Origin: Candidatus Micrarchaeota archaeon
Lineage (GTDB): Archaea; Micrarchaeota; Micrarchaeia; Micrarchaeales; CABMGC01
DNA length: 64,000 nucleotides
Assembly: GCA_021817325.1 (NCBI GenBank)
Contig: JAKAVK010000007.1
Span: forward strand, 116 to 64,115
Direction of reading: 5' to 3'
Under the pieces are notes generated by a model. It was not told the origin of the DNA. It was given only the letters and a program-made list of their open reading frames with translations, and did no database searches. This document shows, piece by piece, positions 27,157 through 38,046 of this stretch. Position 1 is the stretch's first letter, and each line of letters opens with the position of its first letter. Made by a program: the position numbers and the translations under genes.

Positions 27157-30100
27157 TTATTTATTGCTGCCCCTGCCCCTCCGTGAAACCTGGGAAGCCC
27201 GCTCATTGCTGCTGGCCACCGCACTCGCCTCGCTAGATGCCTGCACCTTCTGCGGTGCGATTCCGCTGCCCGCGTCTACCTGCCCTGTGGCCCCACTGCC
27301 CTGGCTTGCGATTAGCTGTCCCTTTACCATGCTGGCAACCTCCAGGCCCAGCGCCTTTGATTCCTCGTTTGTCATCACCACCCCGATTGCGGTGTCCGCA
27401 TTGACTATCAGCGAGTCGTTGTGGCTGACCACTATGAACTGCGCATCAGAGCTCATCTGCTTTATCAGCAGCGAGAGCTTCTTCGAGTTCTCCTTGTCGA
27501 GCGCCGAATCCACCTCGTCAAAGACGTAGAGCGCTGAGGGCTTGCACAGGTGTATGGCGAGCAGCAGCATTAGGGAGATGAGGGATTTCTGGCCGCCCGA
27601 CATGGAGTTGAGCACCTTCTCCCCCTTCTCGTTCTTTATCCTTATCTCAAGGCCGCTGTTGAACGGGTCTGTTGGCGCGTTTAGCTCTATCGATGCCTTG
27701 CCCTCGAATACGTAGTTGAAGAGCTTGGAGAAGTTCTTATTCACATCGTTGAATGTATTCATGAAGATCTGAAGCTTCTTTGAATCTATCTCGTCTATCA
27801 TCCTAAGTATCGCCTGCTTTTCAACCTCAAGGGTGTTGGCACGCGACTCGGCCTCATCAACGCTCTTCTTTCTCTCCTCATACAGCTCCGGCGCCTTGAG
27901 GTTGACATTGCCCAGCTCCGCAAGCTTAGAGCCCAGCACCACGACCTCCTTCTCCATCGACTCGAGGCTCTCCTTGATCGGCTCTGCATCCTGCCCATAA
28001 GCGGCAAGCTCAGCGACTATGTCGTTGAGCCTGACCTCAGTCTGGCTCCTGCTCATCTTCAGCTCGTTAAGGTCTCTCTCGATGTTGCTCTGCTGAACTC
28101 CAAGCGCGCCGTTCTCCTGGCCAAGCTTTGAGAGCTCTACGTCTATGGCGTTGAGCCTCTCATATGCCTTCTTGTTGGACTCGCTGCTCCTGCTCATCTC
28201 CTTCTCGATCTCTGACTTCTGCTTAGCAAGCTGCGCCAGTTTCCTCTCCATCTCCTTTACCGCCGAAACCGTCTTCCTGTTCAGTTCCTTTCTCTGCGAG
28301 ATCTGGGCATCCAGCTCCTTCTTCCTCTTCTCGAGCAGCTGGTACTCTGTTCTTGCTTCGGCATTCCTGACCTTCAGCACATCCAATTGCGCCCTGATCC
28401 TCTCTATACGCTCCTTCTCGGCCTTTGACATCCCGTGCCTTGCAACCTCCTTTGACGACTCGATCGCCTTGTTATAAGCGGCGCGCAGCCTCTCCTTCGC
28501 ATCCTTGAGCCCGCTCTCCACCTGTTCTCTGCGGGCAAGCAGTCCGTCGAGCCTCTTGTTGGCGCCGGCTGCCCTCCCTTCGGCGTCACTTAGTTTTGCG
28601 GTTATCTCCTTTATGGATGCTGCATACTTGCCGGCTACGGCCTCCGATTCGGTTATCTCGCTCTCGTAGCCACGCGCTCGCATCTCCAGCGAAGCCTGCT
28701 CCTTCCTCGCGCTGAATATGCGCGCCTGCAGCGTCTCTGTCCCCTTCTTCAGCGCATCCCTCTGCTCTTCAAGACTCTTTATCTGATTCTCAAGGAAGCC
28801 AAGCGAGATCCTCTTTTTTACGGATCCGCCAGATACTATTCCCGACTGCTCGACAAGGTCGCCTGACAGGGTGGCATACCTGTGCTTTCCCACGCCGTAA
28901 CTCTTTGCCTGTGCTATGTCCTTGACTATGTATGAGTTGTTGAATATGTACTGGAAAACCCTCCTGAACCTGGGTTCAAAGTCTATCACGTCAATGACAG
29001 GGGAGATTCCCCGCTCCTTTGCGAATTCCTCTGCAACGTTCACCTCTTTTATCGGTATGAAGGTGGCCCTCCCGAGGTTGTTGCTTTTAAGGTAGGTGAT
29101 TATCTTGTTTGCGGTGTCCACAGAGTCAACCACGAAGTACTCGAACCTGCTGCCTGCGGCGGCCTCTACAGCATACAGGAACCGCTCGTCATACTTGCAG
29201 AGCTGCGAGGCCTTTCCGTAGAAGCCGTCCTTGTCGCCAAATCTGGAGCCTATCTTATCGAGCAGGCCTCCCTCGCGCGACTGTGTCACGGCCCACTGCT
29301 CCCTTAGCGAGAGTACCTTGGAATTTATGCTCTCGAGCTCCCTGCCCATCCTGTGCAGCTGCGCCTCATTGGTCCTTATATCGGCCCCGCATCCGTCTGC
29401 GCTTGAGTTAACCTCGGCCATTCCCTGCCTCTTGCGCTGGACGTCGCCCATCTTCTCCTTCAGCATCTCAGTGTACCGTTCCAGCTCCCTTTTGTACTCC
29501 TCGCACTGCGGCACAAGCGATGCCACTTCAGTATTGGCTTGCGAGATGCTGGCCTGGACCTGCGAAAACTCCGCCTCAAGCCTCTGTATCGTGGCGTTCA
29601 GCGCGGCTATGTCCTTCTCCGAGTTGTCAGTCTCCACCTGCGCAGCCGCTTCGCCGCCAACCTGCTTTGTCAGCTCGACAATGCCCTTTGTCGTCTCCTC
29701 TACAATGTCCTTGTCAGAAAGCATCGTGGCTCCTAGCCTGTCAAGCTCAACGTTAGAATCAGCAACGAACTTGCCGAACTCATCGATCGCATTCCTGCCG
29801 CCGCTCAATTCAGCCTCGGTGGTTGCGTACTCCTTGCTTGCCGCCTCAAGCCTGGCATTCATCTCCCCAGCGTTTGCGGTGTGGCTGCCTAGCTCCTTTG
29901 TAAGCGCCTGCCTCTCAGAGTTGAATTCGGCCATCCTGCTGCCAAGGTCCGCGATCTTTGCCGCAAGCGCGTTCTTCTTAGAATCAACTATCGCCATCTT
30001 CTTGGTGTATTCGTCAAGCGAATCTGCCAGGGACGCCTTCCTTGAGGCAAGCACGCTGTACCTGAGCAGCCTAAGCCTATCGTTCATCTTAATGTAGCTC

Positions 30101-30717
30101 TCTGCGGCTTCCTTCTCCTTCTCAAGCTCCCTTATGAACCCTATCCTCTCGTTGAGCATTATCTTGGTCTCGCCTATGCGCTGGCTTACCGTGTCGAGCT
30201 CCTTCATTGTCTCTGCCTTCTTGTGCTCGAACTCCTTGATTCCAGCCGCAATGTCAATGAGTTCTCTCCTCTCCTTGGGTGTCAGGTCTATTATCCTGTT
30301 GATCTCTCCCTGCGCTATTGTGTTGGTCTCGTCAGCACGTATACCGTGCCTGCCAAGAACCTCCATGACCTCCTGCCTTGTCATGTGCCTGCCGTTGAGC
30401 TGGTAGGCCGTCTTGCCGTCCGACCTCACCGTCCTTACCACAACCAGGTTCTCGTCCCCCGCAAACTCCATCCTCACATGTGCCTTGGCCACGTCCGGCC
30501 CCTTCCTCTTCGTGCCGACCGAGAGCAGTTCGTCAAGCTTGCTGACCCGCATCCTGTGCAGCGCCGTCTCCCCAAGCCCGAAAAGAAGCGCATCGCATAT
30601 GTTTGACTTGCCGCTGCCGTTCGGCCCAACCACACAGGTGAATCCCTTGCTAAGCAGCAGCTCCGCATGCCTGAAGGACTTAAACCTATCTATACCCACG
30701 GACTTCAGATAGAGCAT
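27157..30717 (-). CDS. smc: Chromosome segregation protein SMC
   Basis: FKSF, GPNGSGKSN, coiled coils, hinge (GRATFIP, G...GG), SGGQ and FDEVDSALD. Confidence 0.97.
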   Translation of the reverse strand: MLYLKSVGIDRFKSFRHAELLLSKGFTCVVGPNGSGKSNICDALLFGLGETALHRMRVSKLDELLSVGTKRKGPDVAKAHVRMEFAGDENLVVVRTVRSDGKTAYQLNGRHMTRQEVMEVLGRHGIRADETNTIAQGEINRIIDLTPKERRELIDIAAGIKEFEHKKAETMKELDTVSQRIGETKIMLNERIGFIRELEKEKEAAESYIKMNDRLRLLRYSVLASRKASLADSLDEYTKKMAIVDSKKNALAAKIADLGSRMAEFNSERQALTKELGSHTANAGEMNARLEAASKEYATTEAELSGGRNAIDEFGKFVADSNVELDRLGATMLSDKDIVEETTKGIVELTKQVGGEAAAQVETDNSEKDIAALNATIQRLEAEFSQVQASISQANTEVASLVPQCEEYKRELERYTEMLKEKMGDVQRKRQGMAEVNSSADGCGADIRTNEAQLHRMGRELESINSKVLSLREQWAVTQSREGGLLDKIGSRFGDKDGFYGKASQLCKYDERFLYAVEAAAGSRFEYFVVDSVDTANKIITYLKSNNLGRATFIPIKEVNVAEEFAKERGISPVIDVIDFEPRFRRVFQYIFNNSYIVKDIAQAKSYGVGKHRYATLSGDLVEQSGIVSGGSVKKRISLGFLENQIKSLEEQRDALKKGTETLQARIFSARKEQASLEMRARGYESEITESEAVAGKYAASIKEITAKLSDAEGRAAGANKRLDGLLARREQVESGLKDAKERLRAAYNKAIESSKEVARHGMSKAEKERIERIRAQLDVLKVRNAEARTEYQLLEKRKKELDAQISQRKELNRKTVSAVKEMERKLAQLAKQKSEIEKEMSRSSESNKKAYERLNAIDVELSKLGQENGALGVQQSNIERDLNELKMSRSQTEVRLNDIVAELAAYGQDAEPIKESLESMEKEVVVLGSKLAELGNVNLKAPELYEERKKSVDEAESRANTLEVEKQAILRMIDEIDSKKLQIFMNTFNDVNKNFSKLFNYVFEGKASIELNAPTDPFNSGLEIRIKNEKGEKVLNSMSGGQKSLISLMLLLAIHLCKPSALYVFDEVDSALDKENSKKLSLLIKQMSSDAQFIVVSHNDSLIVNADTAIGVVMTNEESKALGLEVASMVKGQLIASQGSGATGQVDAGSGIAPQKVQASSEASAVASSNERASQVSRRGRGSNK

Positions 30718-30816
30718 TTATGCACCGGTCGCAGGTAATAATGGAACAACTAACGCTTAAAACCCTTTCTGTGTGCGCAGGCAGCTGCAGCTACAAAAGG
30801 CCACAATAATGATTCA

Positions 30817-31872
30817 TTACGCAAGCCTGTCCCGCTTTATCATGTGCAGATTTATCAGCGCATGCAGCTGCTGTAGCGTGATAATGCCAACCAGCCTTCC
30901 CTTAGATACAACAGCCGCTATGGCGGTTCCATCAGACTCCATCCTGTAAAAAGCATCAGCTGCGCTGATACCCTTTTGAATGACTGGTATGTCTATCGAG
31001 ATGGAGCCTGCAGCGGCTGCGGGGCCGACCTTCTTGGCTTTTGAGATGTCGACTATCGCATAACCGCCGCCCCTGCGGATCAATATGATGTGCGATTTTG
31101 TGTTGGCGACAAGCCTGTACAGGCTCCTGACCGCCCTGTTCTCGCCAACCAACGCAAAATGGGTGCTGATAGCGCCCTTTATGCCAAGCCCCCGCGTCTC
31201 CTTGCGCACCTTCATACCGTATTCCTCGGCAGCCACGCCTCCCCATAGGAACCAGATGAATATGACTGTTATGGCAAGGTCAAGTTCGGTATCGATAAGC
31301 GGAAGGCGGGCTACAACCACATAGATGACCGTTCCTACGAAGATAAGAATAAAAGTTATCTTGCTGATCTTTGCGGTGATGTCTGTGGCCTTGTACCTGT
31401 CATACTTCCTGCTAAGGTAGCCCCTGAAAACCCTGCCGCCGTCCATGGGGAACGCAGGCAGCAGGTTGAGAATACCCAGGAATACGTTCAATATGAACAT
31501 CAGAGTAACCAGGCGCGTGATGATTCCAACGGGCGTGAAGATTGAGAGGATGCCAAATAGGCCACCTATGACCAGGCTGGCTATGGGCCCAACTATAGCG
31601 GTGTTGAACTCGACCTTGGGGTCAACATCAATCTCATCAATCATCGATGCGCCGCCAAGGGGCATGAGTATTATCTTCTTCACCTTCAGTCCGTTCCTCA
31701 TCGCAGTAACAGAGTGGGCAAGCTCGTGCAGCAGCACGCATACGAAGAGCAATATCCAGATAAGTCCAAACAAGGGGGAGACGATCACGAAGAATAATGT
31801 CAGCAAGGCGAAGATCCAGTGTAGTTCAATGCTGATGCCGAATATGCTTCCGATCCTAAGCGTGTCAGCCAT
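30817..31872 (-). CDS. Site-2 protease (M50) with C-terminal CBS-like domain
   Basis: HELAH, AIVGP and NLLPAFPMDGGR motifs; CBS-like GRLVGIIT. Confidence 0.93.
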   Translation of the reverse strand: MADTLRIGSIFGISIELHWIFALLTLFFVIVSPLFGLIWILLFVCVLLHELAHSVTAMRNGLKVKKIILMPLGGASMIDEIDVDPKVEFNTAIVGPIASLVIGGLFGILSIFTPVGIITRLVTLMFILNVFLGILNLLPAFPMDGGRVFRGYLSRKYDRYKATDITAKISKITFILIFVGTVIYVVVARLPLIDTELDLAITVIFIWFLWGGVAAEEYGMKVRKETRGLGIKGAISTHFALVGENRAVRSLYRLVANTKSHIILIRRGGGYAIVDISKAKKVGPAAAAGSISIDIPVIQKGISAADAFYRMESDGTAIAAVVSKGRLVGIITLQQLHALINLHMIKRDRLA

Positions 31873-31932
31873 ATTACCAAATACATCAATTGCGGTATAA
31901 GTATTAATACCTACGTAGACAATCCAGTATCA

Positions 31933-32649
31933 ATGTCAGTCTCATTCATGGAGGGTATTCCGGCCCTCCTTGTTGACGAGGAGAAACTCCTGGTCGCAGG
32001 CGACCTGCACATAGGCACTGAATTCAAGCTCAGGTCCAGCGGCATGCATTTTCCAAACGCATCGCGCAGGATGGCTGTGCAGCTGCTCCAGGCATACGGG
32101 AGATCAAAGGCAAAAGGCATAGTGCTGCTGGGCGACGTGAAGGACAGCATAACATATCCAAGCAGGGAGGAGATGGCTGCCATGGCTGACTTCTTCAATA
32201 CGCTCGAGGGGATCGATCTGACCATAGTCAAAGGGAACCACGATGCGCATATCCAATCTATTCTTGATCGGCTTGGATACAAGGCTGACGTATGTAATGA
32301 ACTGCTGCTGGAGAAGACCGCGTTGATACACGGCAATGCGCTGCCCAGCGCCGAAGCGATGCTCAAGGAGCGCATAGTGTCTGCGCATTCGCATATCGCA
32401 GCGGAGATCAACGGGCGCACAGAGAAGGCATGGCTAATTGCAAACCTGTCCACCGGCGCAAAGAAGTTCTACAAGGGATACAACCGGAGGGCGAAGCTTG
32501 TCATAATGCCTGCATTCAACGAGCTGATAGTAGGCATAAGGGTAAACTCAGATCTCGAATGGCACATGCCCCTGATCAGAAACGGAATATTCACGGCAGA
32601 GAAGGCAAAGGTATATGATTTGGATGGTGACCTTGTAGGAACAATATAG
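31933..32649 (+). CDS. Metallophosphoesterase (COG1407-like)
   Basis: DLHIG, GD, GNHD, HG, H.H and MPAFN motifs. Confidence 0.9.
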   Translation: MSVSFMEGIPALLVDEEKLLVAGDLHIGTEFKLRSSGMHFPNASRRMAVQLLQAYGRSKAKGIVLLGDVKDSITYPSREEMAAMADFFNTLEGIDLTIVKGNHDAHIQSILDRLGYKADVCNELLLEKTALIHGNALPSAEAMLKERIVSAHSHIAAEINGRTEKAWLIANLSTGAKKFYKGYNRRAKLVIMPAFNELIVGIRVNSDLEWHMPLIRNGIFTAEKAKVYDLDGDLVGTI

Positions 32650-32659
32650 GAATGGGATC

Positions 32660-33466
32660 ATGGATCAGAGAGGAATATCGTTTTTGTATTTGAATATCTA
32701 TGACGGATGCAGGGAACCGGGCAGGTACAGGCGTCTGGTATCATTCGTAAAGAAGAGGAACCCTGACGTGCTCGGTCTCTCAGAGCTCAACGGGTGGGAC
32801 GAAAACGACTTCGCAAGGCTGTCCGATTTCAAGAAGGAGGTAAAGCTGGATTACAGCTTGTTCTGCAGATCGCCGCACGGATACCACCTCGCGGTCTTCT
32901 CCAGGATACCGTTCATTAAGGCAACGGTCCTCAACGAAGGGATGTGGCACGGGGCGATAGTATCCGAGCTGAGCACAAAAGGCAGGCACTATGAGGTTGC
33001 GATAGCGCACCTCTCGCCGCGTGACGAGGGTGTGCGCACTAGGGAGGCGAAGTCGGTGGTCAGCGCAATAAGGATGAAGAGTGCGATCCTTATGGGCGAC
33101 ATGAACTCCCTTTCCAGAGAGGATATCAGGAATCCAGGAAAACTCATGGCTTCGCTCAGGAGCAAGGGCATAAGCAAGTTCGGGCCGGAGAAGCCCAGGA
33201 GCGATACGATTGACGCGATAAGCAAAAAGATGGTAGATGCAACAAGGCTGTTCTCAAAGGTGCCTGGCCACACTGTGCCTACCAAGTCAAACAGGGACCA
33301 AGAGCACTCGGTACCGGTGCGCCTTGATTACGTTTTCATAACCCCTGACCTGAAGCCCCACGTAAAGGCTGCAGGCATACTCAGGACGAGTGAGACGGAG
33401 AGGATATCCGACCATTATCCGATATTCCTCGACCTCAAGGGGGTCGGCGATTCAGCCGCGCCTTGA
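32660..33466 (+). CDS. Endonuclease/exonuclease/phosphatase family protein
   Basis: N, PDV..L.E, HL, GDMN, RLDY and SDHYP motifs. Confidence 0.92.
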   Translation: MDQRGISFLYLNIYDGCREPGRYRRLVSFVKKRNPDVLGLSELNGWDENDFARLSDFKKEVKLDYSLFCRSPHGYHLAVFSRIPFIKATVLNEGMWHGAIVSELSTKGRHYEVAIAHLSPRDEGVRTREAKSVVSAIRMKSAILMGDMNSLSREDIRNPGKLMASLRSKGISKFGPEKPRSDTIDAISKKMVDATRLFSKVPGHTVPTKSNRDQEHSVPVRLDYVFITPDLKPHVKAAGILRTSETERISDHYPIFLDLKGVGDSAAP

Positions 33467-33925
33467 GTACTCCACATAGGTGAACTCCGAAAAGTCCTCT
33501 TCCTTGTCCACCTTCCAGTCCCTCATGCTGAATCTAGGAAAGAAGATGTCGCCGCTATATTCCTTCTTGATGTAAGAGAGCAGCATCCTGTCGGCAAATC
33601 CTATCACCTGTCTGAAGATCTGCCCTCCTCCAATGACATACGCGTCTGGCCCGTATTCCTTGGCCTTGGCGATAGCCTCATCTATTGTCCTGCACACGTC
33701 TGTATTCTCAAATCTCCCCGCCGCCCGCGTCACTACGATGTCATGGCCTCCTGCGAACGGATGCCTCATCTCTGCAAAGGTCTTCCTACCCATCACTATC
33801 GTCTTGCCGCGGATAATGTCCATGTAATGCCGCTTCTCCTCACCAATGTTCCATGGCAAGCCAACTCCCGATCTGGCGATCACGCGCTTCCTAGTCATTG
33901 CGGCAACCAAAATTATCAAGCTCAC
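33452..33925 (-). CDS. folA: Dihydrofolate reductase
   Basis: LPW, MGRKT, VIGGGQI and GD.FFP motifs. Confidence 0.92.
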   Translation of the reverse strand: MSLIILVAAMTRKRVIARSGVGLPWNIGEEKRHYMDIIRGKTIVMGRKTFAEMRHPFAGGHDIVVTRAAGRFENTDVCRTIDEAIAKAKEYGPDAYVIGGGQIFRQVIGFADRMLLSYIKKEYSGDIFFPRFSMRDWKVDKEEDFSEFTYVEYSRRG

Positions 33926-33947
33926 ACCAGCCCAATTCCACGCCAGT

Positions 33948-34340
33948 TCACTGCCGCGCCCCTCCTCCTACGATCCCGCCGCCAAACGAGATATAGTTAT
34001 GCGGTATGTCATAAAGCACTATGGCGATGTCATCCGGCAAGATGCCAGCTTGCGCGGCGACCTCCCTGTTTATCTCCTCCAGAAGCGTCACGTACGTCTC
34101 CTCCGATCTTCTACTTTCCGCTGTAATCTCAAGCAGGATGAATTCTTCCGAATAGAAATGGCCATTGAATGACGGCGGATGGAATAACTGGGCATCCGGC
34201 ATCTCGAATACGATCTTAAAGAAGTCATCGGCCTCCGCATTCAGCACCTTCGCAAATGCCCTGTGCACTGCCTGCGAGACCTTCTCAAGCCGCGAACGCT
34301 CATAAACGCCCTGCGGCGCATAGATCTTTACCAAAGGCAT
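33948..34340 (-). CDS. Tautomerase superfamily protein
   Basis: N-terminal catalytic Pro (MPLVKI) and C-terminal SFGGG; 130 aa. Confidence 0.85.
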   Translation of the reverse strand: MPLVKIYAPQGVYERSRLEKVSQAVHRAFAKVLNAEADDFFKIVFEMPDAQLFHPPSFNGHFYSEEFILLEITAESRRSEETYVTLLEEINREVAAQAGILPDDIAIVLYDIPHNYISFGGGIVGGGARQ

Positions 34341-34465
34341 CCAGGCTCCCTCTAAATATCATTACTTACTAGGATAAAAGCGTAGTGGAGCCGTACACTT
34401 CCAAAGCGGTGCGCGGCCGCGCAGGGGCAAACATCCGCAGGCAAGCCATGATGCCAGCCCAAGCA

Positions 34466-35899
34466 TCATATCGGGTTTGGCTGGAACCTCTCCTTCACTT
34501 CGTGCATCTCGGCGTTGACTACCTTCTTCCATGCCTCGAATTCGCTGATCTGGGGGTACCTCGAGTAGAGACTATTCATCTTCTTCATCTTCTGCACGGT
34601 GTAGAGCAGGCTCTTGAAGGCGCTGAGATTCGCTATACCGCTCAGCACCTTCCCAAACGTCGTTGCTATGGTTATCTCCGGTATCCTTCCATAGCTGAGA
34701 TCCTCAGCCTCCTTCTTGGTGAGGAAGTGGCTCATCCCGTAGTTGATCTGATCGTTGTTTAGCGACTGGAGGTACACCCTGAATGCCTCGAGCGCTGCTG
34801 TCTTGCTGCCGTAGAGCTCATTGTACCGTGTGTTGTACTTCCAGATGAACTCAAGGCTTGTGTTCCTTGCCGCTATCGCCTCTCCAGCAACCTCGCCTGC
34901 AAGCACTCCCGCTACCATCGCAGGTCCGATGCCCCCTGCGCTTATGGGGTTTGGCATCGCCATGCTGTCGCCAGCGCCAAGATAGCCTGGGTAGACCAGA
35001 CTGTCGAATTGCCTTTTGACCGTAACCGACCAGTATCCCTTGCCATTTTCATCCGTAGGATCTATGCTGGTGCTCTTGATAAGCGGATTCCACTTCACGT
35101 ATTCGTCGATCAGAGTGTGGAGCGTATCCTTCTTGCCAAGTTTTGCATTCCTTACCTCAAGGCTCTTCTTCTCCACTCCCAGGCCTATATTTATCCTCCC
35201 GTTGGTCTTGGGGAAGACCCATCCGTATCCTCCAGGCGCAAGGACCTGGTTGAGATGTATCAATGCATTCTTGGGATCGTAGTAGTTTACATCAGTCCCC
35301 TGCTGCTCGAAGCTGACTATGTATCTGCCCGTCGACTCTATGTCATCGGTGCTTACAGTGTTCTCTATGTAGATATTCTGGGGAAGCTTCCTCCTGAGCG
35401 TGCTTGCTATGCCGAGTGCATCGATGACAAGCTTCGCCTTTATCCTAACCTGCTCTCCCCTCTCGTCCCGTCCGTATATGCCGGCTACCCTGTTGTCCTC
35501 AAGCAGCGGCCCTTCAACCTCGTAATGGGGCCTGTACTCCGTCCCGTTCTTGACCGCAAGCTCGGCGAAGAACTTGGCTATCTTCGGCCTGTCAAGGCTG
35601 TAGCCCTCTCCCTCGAACGGAAATCTGTTCTTCATGTCAGGGCTAAGTACCTGGACCCCCTCAACCTTCTGGTCAAGCTGCGGCTCATGCAGCTTCATGT
35701 CAAGCTCCTTCTCTATAAAATCGAGATGGCTCTTTGCAACCGCATCCCCGCATACCCAGCCCCAGTTCGTCTTTTTGCCTACCACTGTCTGGTCGTTCCT
35801 GTCCAGCATCAACGTTTTTGCGCCGTTGCGCGCGGATGCAGTGGCAGCAAGGGCGCCGGCCATTCCTCCTCCGGCAACGATAACATCATATTCCTCCAA
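34466..35899 (-). CDS. Geranylgeranyl reductase family FAD oxidoreductase (DGGGPL reductase-like)
   Basis: GGGMAG, CGDA, PGGYGWVFP and GD.....NP..AGGI motifs; TTG 35899 just after rpo6 preferred. Confidence 0.9.
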   Translation of the reverse strand: MEEYDVIVAGGGMAGALAATASARNGAKTLMLDRNDQTVVGKKTNWGWVCGDAVAKSHLDFIEKELDMKLHEPQLDQKVEGVQVLSPDMKNRFPFEGEGYSLDRPKIAKFFAELAVKNGTEYRPHYEVEGPLLEDNRVAGIYGRDERGEQVRIKAKLVIDALGIASTLRRKLPQNIYIENTVSTDDIESTGRYIVSFEQQGTDVNYYDPKNALIHLNQVLAPGGYGWVFPKTNGRINIGLGVEKKSLEVRNAKLGKKDTLHTLIDEYVKWNPLIKSTSIDPTDENGKGYWSVTVKRQFDSLVYPGYLGAGDSMAMPNPISAGGIGPAMVAGVLAGEVAGEAIAARNTSLEFIWKYNTRYNELYGSKTAALEAFRVYLQSLNNDQINYGMSHFLTKKEAEDLSYGRIPEITIATTFGKVLSGIANLSAFKSLLYTVQKMKKMNSLYSRYPQISEFEAWKKVVNAEMHEVKERFQPNPI

Positions 35900-35903
35900 C
35901 GAA

Positions 35904-36086
35904 TCACTTGGCCGTCTTCTCCCGCAGTACAACTATTGGGATAACTCCCTCATTGAACTCAAGTTCAGCAAGCGCGAGCGGATCTGATATGCTATCAGGA
36001 ACCTTTACCAGAGGCGGCGCGCCGTAGGCTAGCTGGAGAGCCCTAGCACCTATGATCCTTGCCTTCTCAAACCGTGTGTAATCCAT
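35904..36086 (-). CDS. rpoK: RNA polymerase subunit Rpo6 (K)
   Basis: [15 protein letters not shown] motif. Confidence 0.97.
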   Translation of the reverse strand: MDYTRFEKARIIGARALQLAYGAPPLVKVPDSISDPLALAELEFNEGVIPIVVLREKTAK

Positions 36087-36285
36087 ACTAAAGCACTAGA
36101 TATATCCTCTGCCGCGGAAGGTAACCTGAGAGTATAATAGGTATTTACATGGCAACTATTTTAAAGGTTGCTGTAATCAAAGGCCCATAGATCGCTCCTG
36201 TCTATAGCCAAAGTGCCGAGCCCATTCAAAAGGAGGACCTGGCAGCCGATATAAGCTTTATAAATAAACCCTACAATATATTCTC

Positions 36286-37314
36286 ATGGGAAGCGCTAGC
36301 ACGGGAATCGTCGGGGTCCTCGGTGAGGGTTACGAGGTGCTCAAGGAGAATCCAAAGATAGTGCTGCCATACCTGGTATACATCATACTGCTAACGATCG
36401 TGATAATAGTAATAGCGCTGATTACGCTGCTTCCAGCAGCAGGCCTGCTGCTTGGGCATGGCCATCTAGGCGCCCTGCTCAATTCCTCATCTAATCCATC
36501 CACATTCAATGCGACCATAGACGCGATAATCAATTCTACGTTCAATTCGACAGGCGGCTCGGCAAGCGCCAGCGCAGGCAGCACGGCTGCAAATCTCATC
36601 ATCAGCAAGTTTGTAATCCCAGTCATAATGCTGATTATACTAATCTCAGTTATTGTGGTATTCACCACTCCCCTGCTTACGGGAATGTACGTCGACATGG
36701 CACGGCAGGCGCTCAAGGGCCGCGGCGGTGTTGATTTCGGGAAGGCATGGTCCAATGCTGTAGGCAGATACTGGTCGCTGCTTGGCAGCATAGTCATACA
36801 AGGAATCATAATACTGGTTATTGTAGCCGTCTTTGCAGTTCTTCTGAGCATCTCCATAATCGCCATAGTGGCGGGCGGCGGATCGCAAGGCGCCGGCTCA
36901 CTCATAGGCGTTGGCCTTGCGCTGGTTATCCTCTTCACTGTGATACTCACGATTGTGATGGCGCTGCTTGGCGTGCTACTGTACGAGGCAACTGCTACCG
37001 TAATGCTCGAAGGCAAGACTGCTCTCGCTTCGGTGAGGAGATCGATAGAGATAGGCAGGCAGAACTTCTGGTCAATCCTCGGCCTTTTGATACTGATGTT
37101 CGTAATCTTTTTCGTTGCCTACCTGGCAGTCGGCATCATAAGGGGACTGCTGACTCTCGCGTCCCCCATCCTTGGAATAATAGTCGGGTCGATCCTTAAC
37201 CTGATAGTCGGCTTATTTGTCTTCGCCTACACGTATCTTGTGATGGTCTCGTTCTACAACAATTATGTTGCGAAGGGGACCGCGTCAAATAGGCCAGTGC
37301 AGCAAAAGGGCTGA
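36286..37314 (+). CDS. Multi-pass membrane protein of unknown function
   Basis: 342 aa with about 6-7 TMs; 'A..S.RRS.....NFW.ILG' pattern typical of BPSS1780/YciC-like membrane proteins. Confidence 0.8.
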   Translation: MGSASTGIVGVLGEGYEVLKENPKIVLPYLVYIILLTIVIIVIALITLLPAAGLLLGHGHLGALLNSSSNPSTFNATIDAIINSTFNSTGGSASASAGSTAANLIISKFVIPVIMLIILISVIVVFTTPLLTGMYVDMARQALKGRGGVDFGKAWSNAVGRYWSLLGSIVIQGIIILVIVAVFAVLLSISIIAIVAGGGSQGAGSLIGVGLALVILFTVILTIVMALLGVLLYEATATVMLEGKTALASVRRSIEIGRQNFWSILGLLILMFVIFFVAYLAVGIIRGLLTLASPILGIIVGSILNLIVGLFVFAYTYLVMVSFYNNYVAKGTASNRPVQQKG

Positions 37315-38046
37315 TCAGCGTATCGGGCTGTAATCGCTCTTGGGTCTCTTGTGCACATGGTAGGAGAAGATGTTCCCTATATAATAGAAGAAGAACCCTG
37401 AGACCCCCCATTTGCTTATCCTCCTTATGCTGGTGTGCACAACTGCGCCGTTGAGATACCTCATCCTGCCGCACCTCCTCAACCTGTTGGAGAGGTCCCA
37501 GTCCTCGTAGGTCATCATGTCCTTGTTGAATCCCTTAACCTTCCAGAACGCGTCTTTTCTTATGGCGAAATTCGAGCCTATGAATGAGGGTCTTCCGAGC
37601 AGCATGGATGCCTTCACGAACCATACAGAGACGAACTTGTAGCCCCACCTCACCCTTCGCTTCGCCTTCTCAAGCGGAAGTATGGGCCCGGTAGCTGCAA
37701 TCGTCTGCGGATCGAGGAAAGCCTCGTGGTATATGCGCAGCAGCGACGGCGTCGGTCTTGTATCAGCGTCAAGGAAGAGCAGTATCCCGCCCTTTGCGAT
37801 CCTTGCGCCCTCGTTCCTGGCGCTTGCCGCACCCCTGCCGTTATCTATTATGACCCTGGCCTTCTTCCTGGCAAGTGCCCTCGTCCTGTCATTGCTGCCT
37901 CCATCTACTACTATGGCCTCGAAACTCCTAAACGACTGCGCCGCAAGCCCGCTCATGGCATTGGCTATATACTTCTCCTCGTTAAGTGCGGGTATTATCA
38001 CGCTGATCTCGACGCCTCCTCTCATGTAATCAATAACCCCCGCCAA
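37315..38046 (-). CDS. Glycosyltransferase family 2
   Basis: IIPALNEE, VDGGS, RN.GA, DAD, EDWD and TSIRR motifs. Confidence 0.93.
   Translation of the reverse strand: MAGVIDYMRGGVEISVIIPALNEEKYIANAMSGLAAQSFRSFEAIVVDGGSNDRTRALARKKARVIIDNGRGAASARNEGARIAKGGILLFLDADTRPTPSLLRIYHEAFLDPQTIAATGPILPLEKAKRRVRWGYKFVSVWFVKASMLLGRPSFIGSNFAIRKDAFWKVKGFNKDMMTYEDWDLSNRLRRCGRMRYLNGAVVHTSIRRISKWGVSGFFFYYIGNIFSYHVHKRPKSDYSPIR

Noticed and set aside
27157-32649. SMC plus nearby phosphoesterase as Rad50/Mre11 or a Wadjet defence system
   Set aside because: The protein has a globular SMC hinge, not a CxxC hook; the phosphoesterase is COG1407-like; and no jetABD genes are present.
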